This document shows positions 34,265-44,442 of a stretch of 64,000 nt of DNA, piece by piece. Source of the stretch: Penicillus capitatus. Lineage: Eukaryota; Plantae; Chlorophyta. The translations under genes were made by a program, and so were the position numbers. Below the pieces are notes generated by a model, which did no database searches, had not been told where the DNA came from, and saw only the letters and a list, made by a program, of their open reading frames with translations. Position 1 is the stretch's first letter; every line of letters starts with the position of its first letter. The stretch is taken from the NCBI GenBank assembly GCA_965649825.1, contig OZ287708.1, forward strand, positions 1 to 64,000, in the 5' to 3' direction.

Positions 34265-37200
34265 GAAACTGAGACGTTGTGGATCAAGATTTTGTTGCCT
34301 TTGTCGTCGTAGACTGCGTCCTCCTCGCAGTTGAGCTGCAACTTGAATGCTTGAAGGGCCTGCATTCCCAGAATCGGGCGTTGGACACCTTCACAGACGA
34401 CAAATGGAATCTCAGCGCTCTGTTTCCCGAGGGTACACACCAAAGCGATCTCGCCACTTGGCCTGGTCGTCTGGTTGTTGAAGCTGGTTACATCTCTAAC
34501 CTTCGACGACCTGAGGACCAAGTTGTGTCTCCTTGCCAGCTTTGCCGGAAGTATATTGGTCTGCGCACCGGTGTCCAACAGGCACGAGATTTTTCCGGCA
34601 ATATTCTCCATGTTGAGTGGGACATTATACTGTATCATCCTCTGAGAATTCTGGCGCTGTACCGGATTCGCTTGTCCTAAAGTCCCCGATTCTGTCGTCT
34701 TTGGGGCTTTCGCGAGTACAGGACAGTCTCTACCGGAGTGGCCTTTTTTATTGCATCTCTCGCAGGTGTGTCCGTACTCTTGTCGCACGCCTTGCTTGTC
34801 GTTGTTGGGAGCGTTGCTTCGTGTATTCCGTCCTCCGTGTAAGCATTCGTCGATGATCCTTTGTACACGTGGCCAGTTGCCCGCATCTCCCCATGGCAGT
34901 CCACGCAGACGTGCCTGGATTTGTGCGTTCGCAATATTGAAGATTCTCTCCGTCGCCGTAGCGTACTTGACGGGGTCATCTATCAATTCGAGCAGCTTTG
35001 ACATTCTGCGTGTGAACTGCGAGAGATTCTCTTTACGTTTTGGCAACATCCTGTGTACGTTCTTTACGGTGGGACCATCTTTCTCGACGTGTCTAGTGGG
35101 AGTCTGGCTTTTTGGAGTGTGTGGAGTTGCAGCTTCACTAGGGCGACGCTTGTCTGAGTCCTGACGTATTTGTTGACTCTGTTTCCGTTCGGTTGTTCCT
35201 TGGGTCTCGTGCGATGGCTCAGGCTCGGGGTGATGTAACTCACATCCGACTTGCTGCACTCGCATCCGATCCTCAACCGCTTCTACTCGTTGCCCGATAG
35301 TAAGTATGCTGGCCTCCACAACCTCTTCCAATCTCCCTTGTCTATTGACAAGTCTGTCCTCGAGTTCTGCAGCGCGTCTCATAAGCCCATCTTGCATCGC
35401 TTGAACACTTTCCATCAAGGATTGTATCAAGCCACGTTGTTCAGTGTCTTGGCGGACTTCCGGCGATGGGTCTGGGTGGATTTCCGTCACTGTATTTTGT
35501 TGGTCTGCCCGTCGTGGTGCCGAATGTTGCGGTGGCGGAGGCGACTGAGATGGCGCGACAGGACGAGAAGGACTGGATGACGGCGTTGACTCCTGCGGCG
35601 GTGACTGGGATGGCGGCGGTGGCGACTGTTGTGTAGGCGTTGGTGGTGACTGCTCTTGTGACGACTGCTGAGTGGTCAGTTCTTGAGTCAGTTGCTGCGC
35701 CTGAGCCCTATGTCCCCGCATCAGATTCCACACGATTCTGAGTAACCAGCAAATCCCCTGGGTTATGGCTACGACTCGCATCACAACCTTGCGGATGTTC
35801 CTGAATACATTCAAGATCCATGCAGCGACCTTGTATAGAAGCATAGCAGCGCCTACCAACTGCCAGCCGTTCCCCGTCGCCAGGGCACTACGAATTGCTC
35901 TGAGTCCAAATTTATCCCAAAGCGTGCCTAACATCCACGTGACCGCGTTATCTCGGGCACCGGTTAGCCATTTTATGAAACGGTCGAGGAATGTTTCATT
36001 CTCATGACTGTTTCCCCAACCTGTAACTTGACTCTCGCATATGCACTCGTCGAGGGCCGTCTTCAGATTTCCCGTATGTTCGTTGATTCTATATATTGTC
36101 TTCCTAATCTCGTCCAGGGTGTCGTTGAGCCGTTTCCAATCATCATTTAAACCTTTCGGGCCCCATGCGTCTTGGGAGTCCTGTTGGCCTTGAGAGTTCG
36201 TTGATGAACCGCTCATCGAGATGTTCTCGAACTGGTTCAAATCGTACAATGACTCATTGAAGGCCTTCAGTTCTCCCTCGATTTTCGGCCTGGATGGAAG
36301 GTTGTTGATGACTGAAACTGTGACAGTCGTCAATAGATTAGTCGGATAGAAGACGGAGAGTACCCCTCTGTTTGCTACCCAATTGATGACTCCGTGAGTG
36401 GTAAGGCCCACGACGGCGCTAGTCATCATCTCCGTTACGTAGTCCGGCCATGTGATATCCAAGTCTCTCATCCAAACGGGGATCGCGGCCCAAGGTTCTC
36501 TAGCGTCGAGAGGTAGAGCATTCCCTAATCCGTGCATGTCAAATACATTCTCTGGGGGAAGCTCCTGTTCGGGTCCTTGGCCTTCCTCTGACTGCGTATC
36601 TTCAACTTCAGGCTCGGATTGTGGGGTAGCCGTGTCTTCGTACGTATCCTGCTGTGCTTCGGCTGGTATTGCGTACACGAAATCTAATGCTCCGGGCTCG
36701 GTCCCGACATACAGGTCATCATATTCATCTTCCAGATACGCATCGACTGATTCGACAATCTCATCAATTTCGTCCGAGTACGTCGCTTTAGATCTCTCTT
36801 CTGGTTGTTCCTTTCCGGTTGATATGCGCTCTCCGGCAGAGAGTCCACTTTGATCTTCGGGGTCGGCTACGGGTATAGCGTATCCGAAGCGTCTGCGCAG
36901 AGCTCTCGCCGACGACATTACGGTGAAATCGTTCTTGCCGTTTCGAGGGTCTCCGTATGTCAGATCGTATACTCTCTGTCTGGACGTGTCCAGAAGTTCC
37001 TTCTGGCCCCAATTCTCAGGATGGGGTTCACCTCGGACGAGTAGAAAAAGTGAGATGTCGGTCGTTGATATTGGTCGCCCGTCCCAGTAGATCCTGGCGC
37101 CTTCGCTCAGAACCTTGATCAGCATGTTGGTTTCGCCCATGGATAGTCCCCCTGCCGCATCATAAAAGATAATGCCTTTGGGGCAACCGATGACGAATTC

Positions 37201-37584
37201 TGCGATCTCCTTCTGTATCATTCCGGCGTCGACCGAATAGTCACCCGGGGTTTTGATGTACAGAAGGCAACCTCCCTTGTGCAGATCTGGTTCCTTCCTG
37301 ATTTCGTTAGTCAGCGAGTCACATTTCCCTGTGGTACAGTATAGAATTGTGGACGTCGCTTTTTCTTGAAACAGGACAGGTTCCTTTGTATTCAAGTCGT
37401 GGGCGAGGTTAACGATGTATCCATCAATCCAGTCTTCGCCACTGCGGACGTTGTTCTGGATGCTTGTTAGAGTTTTATTCCGTAACTCTACTATTCCATC
37501 CTTCCAGCCGAACCATGCGCCGTGCGTGACGGCGGCATAGCATAGAACCCACAACAGCATTGGGAGCACTCGCTCCGAAACCAT
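34255..37584 (-). CDS. gag-pro: ORF1 of element 1: signal peptide - AAA+-like ectodomain - acidic linker - coiled coil - TM - Pro-rich - Gag CA-like - CCHC knuckle - aspartic protease (start at ATG 37584 or 37560)
   Basis: MLLWVLCYAAVTHGA leader, TM WQLVGAAMLLYKVAAWILNVF, MHR-like KRKENLSQFTRRMSKLL, CERCNKKGHSGRDC, LLDTGAQ; ends VSKN* on A-AAA-AAC. Confidence 0.9.
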   Translation of the reverse strand: MVSERVLPMLLWVLCYAAVTHGAWFGWKDGIVELRNKTLTSIQNNVRSGEDWIDGYIVNLAHDLNTKEPVLFQEKATSTILYCTTGKCDSLTNEIRKEPDLHKGGCLLYIKTPGDYSVDAGMIQKEIAEFVIGCPKGIIFYDAAGGLSMGETNMLIKVLSEGARIYWDGRPISTTDISLFLLVRGEPHPENWGQKELLDTSRQRVYDLTYGDPRNGKNDFTVMSSARALRRRFGYAIPVADPEDQSGLSAGERISTGKEQPEERSKATYSDEIDEIVESVDAYLEDEYDDLYVGTEPGALDFVYAIPAEAQQDTYEDTATPQSEPEVEDTQSEEGQGPEQELPPENVFDMHGLGNALPLDAREPWAAIPVWMRDLDITWPDYVTEMMTSAVVGLTTHGVINWVANRGVLSVFYPTNLLTTVTVSVINNLPSRPKIEGELKAFNESLYDLNQFENISMSGSSTNSQGQQDSQDAWGPKGLNDDWKRLNDTLDEIRKTIYRINEHTGNLKTALDECICESQVTGWGNSHENETFLDRFIKWLTGARDNAVTWMLGTLWDKFGLRAIRSALATGNGWQLVGAAMLLYKVAAWILNVFRNIRKVVMRVVAITQGICWLLRIVWNLMRGHRAQAQQLTQELTTQQSSQEQSPPTPTQQSPPPPSQSPPQESTPSSSPSRPVAPSQSPPPPQHSAPRRADQQNTVTEIHPDPSPEVRQDTEQRGLIQSLMESVQAMQDGLMRRAAELEDRLVNRQGRLEEVVEASILTIGQRVEAVEDRMRVQQVGCELHHPEPEPSHETQGTTERKQSQQIRQDSDKRRPSEAATPHTPKSQTPTRHVEKDGPTVKNVHRMLPKRKENLSQFTRRMSKLLELIDDPVKYATATERIFNIANAQIQARLRGLPWGDAGNWPRVQRIIDECLHGGRNTRSNAPNNDKQGVRQEYGHTCERCNKKGHSGRDCPVLAKAPKTTESGTLGQANPVQRQNSQRMIQYNVPLNMENIAGKISCLLDTGAQTNILPAKLARRHNLVLRSSKVRDVTSFNNQTTRPSGEIALVCTLGKQSAEIPFVVCEGVQRPILGMQALQAFKLQLNCEEDAVYDDKGNKILIHNVSVSKN
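37569..37583 (-). promoter_or_regulatory. Primer binding site TGGTTTCGGAGCGAG of element 1
   Basis: Abuts the 5-prime LTR; identical to the element 2 PBS at 47550-47564. Confidence 0.8.
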
Positions 37585-37890
37585 GTCGCGTAGGGTTTTA
37601 GATGGGAACAATTTGAGTGGTGGGCGCACGTAAACCTTTTTGAAACGTAAAGCCTAACAAACGAAAGACGAGATCTGTACATCGACAACGCTTTTATAGG
37701 GTACTTTATTTAAGGAACAAAGAAGGAATATTCTGAGAAGATTCCGGAATCTACTTGGAATCTGTGACGTAGAGCCGCGGGTCTATTTGTGGATGGGAAG
37801 CTATAGAGAACCTACGACCTGTCACTTGGAGATCGACACAAGTGTAAGTAGATGAGCGCATTATCGTGAGCGCTACGCCTTAACACGACA
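37584..37890 (-). repeat. 5-prime LTR of element 1
   Basis: Direct repeat of 30944-31250, followed by an extra CGACA (37891-37895). Confidence 0.95.
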
Positions 37891-38601
37891 CGACAACGGT
37901 AAGCGCGTTGAGGAATGCATGTACGAGACCGTTGATCGTCGGCTCCTGGCTTTGCCAGTTGGACTGGCGATTTGGCATTCCTCACCGAACACCGAGTGAG
38001 ATACATGTCAACATCGACGTGCGGGACCGAGTCCAATAGATGCATTGCATTCACAGAACAAGGCATTCTTAGATGATAGTGTGAGAAAACATACATTGGG
38101 TGATGAGCTCTGTGGACTGTAAAACGATCTCAGATGAGCGAGAATGTGTCTGTTCACGATGAATTGGAGTGTCAGCAGACACTGTCTGTCGCGTATGGCA
38201 ACTTTACCTGGCAGGCAAGGAGTGATTGCAGAGCTGATGGCCACAATCAATGAACCGTTGAGTGGAAAATCGAAGAGTTGCGGCATACTCTACGATGGTA
38301 GGCACACAAGACGTCATAGCAGGTCGTACAGTAAGTGCTTAGTATGTTAATCCTTGATTCCCGACGAAAACACTGCAGTGTGTGCGGATGCCAGACGGGT
38401 GTCATCGCTGTCGGTTACAGGGTAACAGACGACCAGCTTCTTCAAACGATGAGTGCCTGCGTCGGTTGGCGATGTATCATACCGTCGTACGGTGAAGGGC
38501 AATGAAAAGTAAGTGATAGGCAGCTTCCTACACGAATGCTATAAAACCCTGCGGTCGCCTTCTCTTTAGCGTAACAACTGTCCATCGCTCGACACTCGAA
38601 G

Positions 38602-40821
38602 ATGTGTCCGACCCACCGTCTACTCTATGTGCTTTTCATTGCGCTAACGGCTTGGTTTCCGGCTCGGGCACAGCCAAGCACAAACATACCACGCTCAATC
38701 CAGGAAGTCATCGCGGAGAAAGAGAATTTCATTCGCGGCTTCGCGAAGTACGCAGAAAGCCTCTACGCGCAGAGAGAGGAGGTCGTCGAGACATGTCAGT
38801 GCGCAAAGCACGCTTGTTCGGACGATTTTGGCGACGTCGAATGCGTCGATTTCTTTGGACAGCATCCCGAGTGCGACTTACCGCACCGCCATATCGACCG
38901 CACGAAGTCGGTCTGTCGAACTCCGCCGAACATCCCAATGGACGAACTGGGTCCGTGGCTTAAAGAGAGCATCTGCGTTTACCAGAATATCACGGGATAC
39001 GTGCAAGAAGCGTGTGGACCGGAATGCAAGTCGATGTACGTCGGTATGTCTCACTCTCCGCCGCGCCGAGGTCACTCTTTTGTCTTAGGCACGAAAGATG
39101 GACACTTTACCATATATCCCGGAAGGGCCCGCGAACGCTACCCCAAAAGCAAATGGAGTGACACGCACGTCTGCGAGGAATACGACCCGCGCAAGCGTCC
39201 GTGGTATGTGGGGGCAAGCACCGGTCCAAAAGACATTGTTCTCGTTCTCGATGTCTCAGGATCCATGGGTGAGCCCATTGACCTGGAAAACAACCCCAAA
39301 TGGGATCTGGTAAAGAGAGCAGCGAGCGAAACGCTTGACACCTTGACCGTGGCTGACCATGTGAATGTGGTGCTCTTCTCCGACGACGCCAAGGTCCTCT
39401 GGACAGAATCTGGACTCGCCAGAGCCCTTTCGGAGAACATCGATAAAATCAAGATGCAGCTGGAGGAAGTGCAGCCAGCGAACAACACGAATTTCACGGC
39501 GGCATTCGAAGCAGCTTTCCCTCTGTTGTGGCGCAACTGTGACGAGGAACCTCCTCCGTGCTCAAAGTGTGAGAAGATTGTGCTCTTCCTGACGGATGGG
39601 CGAGACACGTCCAGAAGACGCGATGAGAGTATCAAACCATCAAAGATGGCTGAAGTGATCGAGGGACTGCAGACGAAACTGGAGAAAGAGACGGGCAAAA
39701 GATCGGCCATCTTCACGTTCTCCATGTCAGAAGACGCCGACGATGCCATTCCACGCCAAATCGCCTGCGCCAACAGCGGAGCGTGGGCATACGTCGGTCC
39801 CAGAACAAACCCGCTGGATTCTCTGCTTTCGTACTACCTGTACACATCCGCCGGGCTGCGCGGCATCTCCCCCGTATGGATTGAGCCTTACGAAGACGCA
39901 AGCGGTTTGGGGATCGTGACGACGGTGGCCCTGCCGATATACGCACGAGGAACAGAGCAGGAACACGACGTCTTCTTGGGCGTCGTCGGGCACCAGGTCC
40001 TCTTGGACGAACTCGTCGGAGAGCACGTCAGTCTGGATGATGTTCTTCACGAACTGATTAAAAGGACAAGAGATTGCCCGTACTCAGTCGAAACGCCATG
40101 CGAGCTCCAAGTCTACCGACACGCTCGCGACGACCGAGCACTCTGTACAGACGCTTTACCCGCGAACGAGACCATTGAAGCCGAGGATGACGAAGTGCGT
40201 TCGGATGAGGATGATGCGACTCGGAATAGTTGCTACGTGTTTAGAAACGACTACTACAGAAGGTCACTCGAAAAGGTTTCATGGAAAGAGGCCGTTTCCA
40301 AATGCGAGGATCATGGAGGTGAGTTGGTCAGCATTGACGATGTCGAAGAGCTTGGCTTCGTCAGTCGAGTCGCATCGATCGACGGATCGTGGGTCGGTGC
40401 TAATAAGGACGGCTATGAAGTTTTTTCTTGGATCGATGATCGACTGCCCCTCCTCGGAAACAATTCCAGTTACTGGGGCGTTCAGGAGCCGATCTTTCAG
40501 ATGGGAAACGAAGAGTGTGCTGCCATCGACACAAGAGGCATTGTTGGAAACATGCACGCCAAGAGTTGTGACAAGAGACTGTCCTACATCTGCAAGTTCA
40601 GATCGGAGGGGCCCTGTGGAGAGAATATTGGCACTATGCCAGACACAGGCTACTTCACAATCCCGCATCTCGGCGCCTGCATTGATATCTCCAACGCGCT
40701 GGAATCGACGCGTCCGCTTTCTCAAGCAAAGAACCTCAGGTCCAGAGAAGTCGTGTGCAGGTTTGGACCCTCAGGAGCAGGAAACGAAGAGGTTATTTGC
40801 TGCGACGGCACTGGCAAGTAG
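38602..40821 (+). CDS. Secreted alpha2delta/CACHD1-like Cache-VWA protein with a C-terminal C-type lectin domain (probable in-frame 45-nt intron 39044-39088)
   Basis: Signal peptide. YDPRKRPWY preceding VWA KDIVLVLDVSGS (MIDAS), LFLTDG, WIEPYEDASGLG. CTL motifs SWKEAVSKC..GGELVSI..E, WVG, EECAAI, C..RLSYICK. Confidence 0.85.
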   Translation: MCPTHRLLYVLFIALTAWFPARAQPSTNIPRSIQEVIAEKENFIRGFAKYAESLYAQREEVVETCQCAKHACSDDFGDVECVDFFGQHPECDLPHRHIDRTKSVCRTPPNIPMDELGPWLKESICVYQNITGYVQEACGPECKSMYVGMSHSPPRRGHSFVLGTKDGHFTIYPGRARERYPKSKWSDTHVCEEYDPRKRPWYVGASTGPKDIVLVLDVSGSMGEPIDLENNPKWDLVKRAASETLDTLTVADHVNVVLFSDDAKVLWTESGLARALSENIDKIKMQLEEVQPANNTNFTAAFEAAFPLLWRNCDEEPPPCSKCEKIVLFLTDGRDTSRRRDESIKPSKMAEVIEGLQTKLEKETGKRSAIFTFSMSEDADDAIPRQIACANSGAWAYVGPRTNPLDSLLSYYLYTSAGLRGISPVWIEPYEDASGLGIVTTVALPIYARGTEQEHDVFLGVVGHQVLLDELVGEHVSLDDVLHELIKRTRDCPYSVETPCELQVYRHARDDRALCTDALPANETIEAEDDEVRSDEDDATRNSCYVFRNDYYRRSLEKVSWKEAVSKCEDHGGELVSIDDVEELGFVSRVASIDGSWVGANKDGYEVFSWIDDRLPLLGNNSSYWGVQEPIFQMGNEECAAIDTRGIVGNMHAKSCDKRLSYICKFRSEGPCGENIGTMPDTGYFTIPHLGACIDISNALESTRPLSQAKNLRSREVVCRFGPSGAGNEEVICCDGTGK

Positions 40822-41153
40822 CTGACTGATTTCATTCCGTTTTGCAAGGACGTCACGCTAGTGTGACCACACAAAGATACTATTGAAGTTCCCATTGAGG
40901 GAACCGACATTAAGTTTGAATCGACAAGTACCTAGACTAGCAGTCCTGTTCCTTGTGCTTACGACTCGTTGAACGTGCGAAATCTGCGCGAAGTCGAGCG
41001 AAGAGTGTCGAATTCCTCTGCAGTCAGGTGGATTGCAAGGAAGAGAGTGTGTCTCCGCGCAGAATCTCCTCGCTTTCTGCGTCGTTCTTTGGAAGAACGA
41101 ACGTGCATGGGCGCACACCACCGCGAACGTCACATCACGCTTGGCTAGCGAGG

Positions 41154-41330
41154 ATGGCATCCATCCTTCGATATCTCCTGCTGCTCTTCCTCTTCGGCGC
41201 ATTCTACTTCGCCCTGGTCACAAGGGCGAACTCCAAAGCGGCAACTGAGACGTGCCCTGCCGTCGACGATGACTGTGTCGTCGACGATGATGATGAGAAC
41301 GAATGCGTCCCCAGAGTGAAGAGGCACTGA
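41154..41330 (+). CDS. Small putative secreted acidic peptide, or the first exon of a longer gene
   Basis: MASILRYLLLLFLFGAFYFALVTRA leader, then CPAVDDDCVVDDDDENEC; 58 aa. No other support. Confidence 0.3.
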   Translation: MASILRYLLLLFLFGAFYFALVTRANSKAATETCPAVDDDCVVDDDDENECVPRVKRH

Positions 41331-42369
41331 TCTCTGTGCTCGTAGTGAAATGCCTGAGTGCATTCTAGGAATGTCCGTGCACGAATGATCGAGAGTGCTG
41401 CAGCAGAATCTGCTGCAGTTCGTTAGGGGGACTGCCTGTCTGCTGCTAACAGCATCGTTTTCAGAGAAGAATGCCTCTTCGACGCTCCTCAAAGGAAATG
41501 CCGAGGCCGCCTTGACATGACACACTTTTTCCTAAGCTATCTAAGAGTGCAAAGCTGGATGCCATATAAGTTGGAAAGGCCCTTCGAGATAGGACATGTT
41601 CTGAAACATTGCCAGATTTGTTTTTAATGGAACATCTTCGGGAACAAACACATGACGCTCTCTGCCTGTGTGAGATACAGAGTCAAAATGTGTTGTGAAG
41701 CATCGCGTCGCAGAGCGGAAGAATCGATTTCGGCGCATGGGAAGTTGAAGGGTGTGTCTGTCATAGCTGTTAGTCAAAAGACGGAATCTGAGATCCGTGT
41801 GGAGGTCTCATGAACTGGGATGCAACAGAGGGAGTCCATGACTCAGGTTCAACGCAGAAGAGTGAGTTGACATAAAACTCCTTGTTTTCTCTTACATCCA
41901 CTAACGAATGCACGCGTCTCGTCCAGTCGCCGAAAGAGAAAAAGGATCTTGCTCATTCCATGAGAAGCTGCAGATATAGAATATTGAAGCAGGAGCGTGA
42001 CCCAACGTCCAAAATGGATGGATGGCTAGATCCGCAATGTTGCCTGCTATTTAACGAGCTGTGTATGACTCAGCGTTGTGAAGTCACTCGATGGAGCAGT
42101 CTCTCATCGTTTCTCTCCCTTGATCTTTACCTCTTGCGTGACGACAGCAAACGCATCGACCACTTTCTCGCCGAACGGCTTCTCCCTCAATAGCCGCGGG
42201 AGATTCCAACCGATAGATACGTCACGCCGTCCTTTCAATTTGGCGGCGCACTGGACCGGCCAATTGACGGTTCATTTCGCCAGGCTTGCCTCAGGGCCGC
42301 CGTTCAAAGGCTACGAAAAGCCTCATTCGTTCGCCACAGCACCCATTCGCTCGGATACGTTCAGACGCC

Positions 42370-43517
42370 ATGCATTGGCCTTCGCTCTTGGCTCTTGCTC
42401 TTGTCGCATGCGCTTTCCATTCGGCCAACGGTGTCGGCTCATTCGGCAGCGACTACGACAGGAATGCCCGTCTGTCTAACGGGCCTCTCTACGGCGTCAC
42501 TTACTCTCCCTTTGCCCTGGACCTCGGCTCGATGCGCCTGCCGGTATATCAAGTCAATCAGGACATGCAGATTATACGGGAAGTTGCGGACCACGTCCGT
42601 CTTTACAACATCGCGGTGTGTCCCGACGTCACCCAAGTACGGACGGAACCACAAGCGACGCCGGAACCGAACGCACCAACGATGGGATGTCCATGTGTAG
42701 GCGATTCTCAGTTTTTGTCAGAGTAATGGGATGCGCGCCATCATCGGCCCCTATCTCTCCGGAAACGAGGCGATGAATGACCAGGAGGTCGCAGCAGTGG
42801 GACCCATTCTCGCCGAACATGGCAACATTATCGACGCCATCATTGTCGGAAACGAAGTGCGTCTCCCTCACGCCCTCCATCCACGATGACCATCCCATCT
42901 CTGCATTAGGTCCTCTTCAGTGAGACCCTATCCCTGAATGATCTGCTTTCCTACATCCGTCAAGTGAAGAGGATCGTTTCGAACGGTGGATACCAGACGC
43001 CAGTCACGACGGCGGATGTCTGGCCTGTGTATGAATCTGCGATCGGTCCAGAACTCGTCGGTGAGACAGACTTCATCTGCATGAACATGCAGCCGTTCTG
43101 GGAGGGGTGGGATATCGTCTGTCCCACGGGCGTAGACTATGACTGTCTGTCGGCGGGGAGTTATGTCCATGCCAAAGCCAATGGACTCGCTCAGTACTTT
43201 AGCAAACCGGTGTGGATCTGCGAATCGGGATGGCCGACAGAAGGGGAGCGATGCTGCGAAGGCTGAGCCCAGTTTCGAGAATCTAACCATTTTCCTTAAG
43301 GAACTAGTGAGCGGCGGGAAACAGGTGAATCGCCCAACGTTATATCCACGTCATTTTTGACGAAGACTGGAAACGCATCTGGTCACCCTGCGGTACCTGC
43401 GAGGGACTGAGTACAGGAGTGAACGATCCCTCCTGCAATTCGTGTGAACTGGATTATCATTTCGGTATCTATGAGTCTGATCGCACTCCGAAGAAGGGAG
43501 TCACTCTTCCTGCTTGA
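42370..43517 (+). pseudogene. Glycoside hydrolase family 17 beta-1,3-glucanase/glucanosyltransferase; two introns (42637-42700, 42857-42909) and two frameshifts (~43260, ~43340)
   Basis: Signal peptide, GVTYSPF, VRLY, IIVGNE|VL acid/base motif, VTTADVW, QPFWEG, ICESGWPT nucleophile motif. The C-terminus (KAEPSFENL; YIHVIFDEDWK...HFGIYESDRTPK) lies in other frames. Confidence 0.8.
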
Positions 43518-44442
43518 CGCACTCAAACAAACGACGCTTCTTTATGAACGTCAAAGAACGCTGATCCTTTTTGGAAGGACCTGCGAAACCAGATGATGAT
43601 TTTTATTTTTTGTTTTGTAACCGTGGAGAGAAGATGTCTCTTGTGACAAACGATCGTGTCCATGTCGACACGGCGATGAACCTCCATGTAACCTCAAGCA
43701 AACGAAATGTAACAAAGACACTCTTAGCCAACAACAGATCTTGAAAACGCGAATCGTATCTCGCCATCTCCTTCTATGGCAAAGGAAAAAGCGTTCTTTA
43801 CCTCGTTAGCATGAAGTGACCGATGCCAGCTAGAGCATCGCGCGTTGTGTTTGGAGCGATTGTCTAACTGTTAGCTGATCCGAATTCGAAAAGGTACTGA
43901 CTGGAGACAACTTCTCTGTCTGATGCTGCTTCGGAGTCCGTTTCGAGATATTCGCTTGTGCGTGATATGACAGGCAGTGTCTTGACAGACAACACAAGGA
44001 AGTGACGTTTTGCCATCGGAGCTGTACGTAACGATGACTTACTCTGCCTTTTCAAAGACGCAAGCCTACATACACGATGTCCATAACAGTCACTGTCTTT
44101 CATTACTCTCGAGCGATTCAGCTGCTCAAGAGCACAAGCACAACAACCCATCCTTAGTCAGAACACAGCACGCCTGTTTGTTAAACACGCAGAAAAGACA
44201 GAATCGGAAAAGACAGAACACTCCTCAAGGCTTCCAGGATTCAGGTCGAATTCAACCAAGCATGTCTACGCGATTTGGAAGAGATTGTTTCGAGGTGTCG
44301 TGTTCACACATCGACCATTCTCGGAACTCTACAGCTACAAATAACACGGAACTGCAGTTGCCATGCAACAAAGGACGCTTCGCTTGAATCGGTCATCGGA
44401 ATTGAGACTCAGAAAAGGCGTCAGCTGGACATAAGCTTCGGA

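Larger units (their letters stand above)
30944..37895 (-). mobile_element. LTR retrotransposon 1 (Ty3/gypsy domain order PR-RT-RH-IN) with a membrane-protein N-terminus on ORF1
   Basis: 307-bp LTRs (30944-31250, 37584-37890) with TGTCG..CGACA ends and one visible mismatch. PBS at 37569-37583, purine-rich tract just inside the 3-prime LTR, ACGG target duplication. Confidence 0.95.
22400..38340. repeat. Repeat unit C, interrupted in its right flank by LTR element 1
   Basis: Same block order. Flank GATCTCTTGTACGG|...|ACGGTAAGCGCGTTGAGGAATG matches the uninterrupted unit B sequence at ~21108-21142. Confidence 0.8.
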
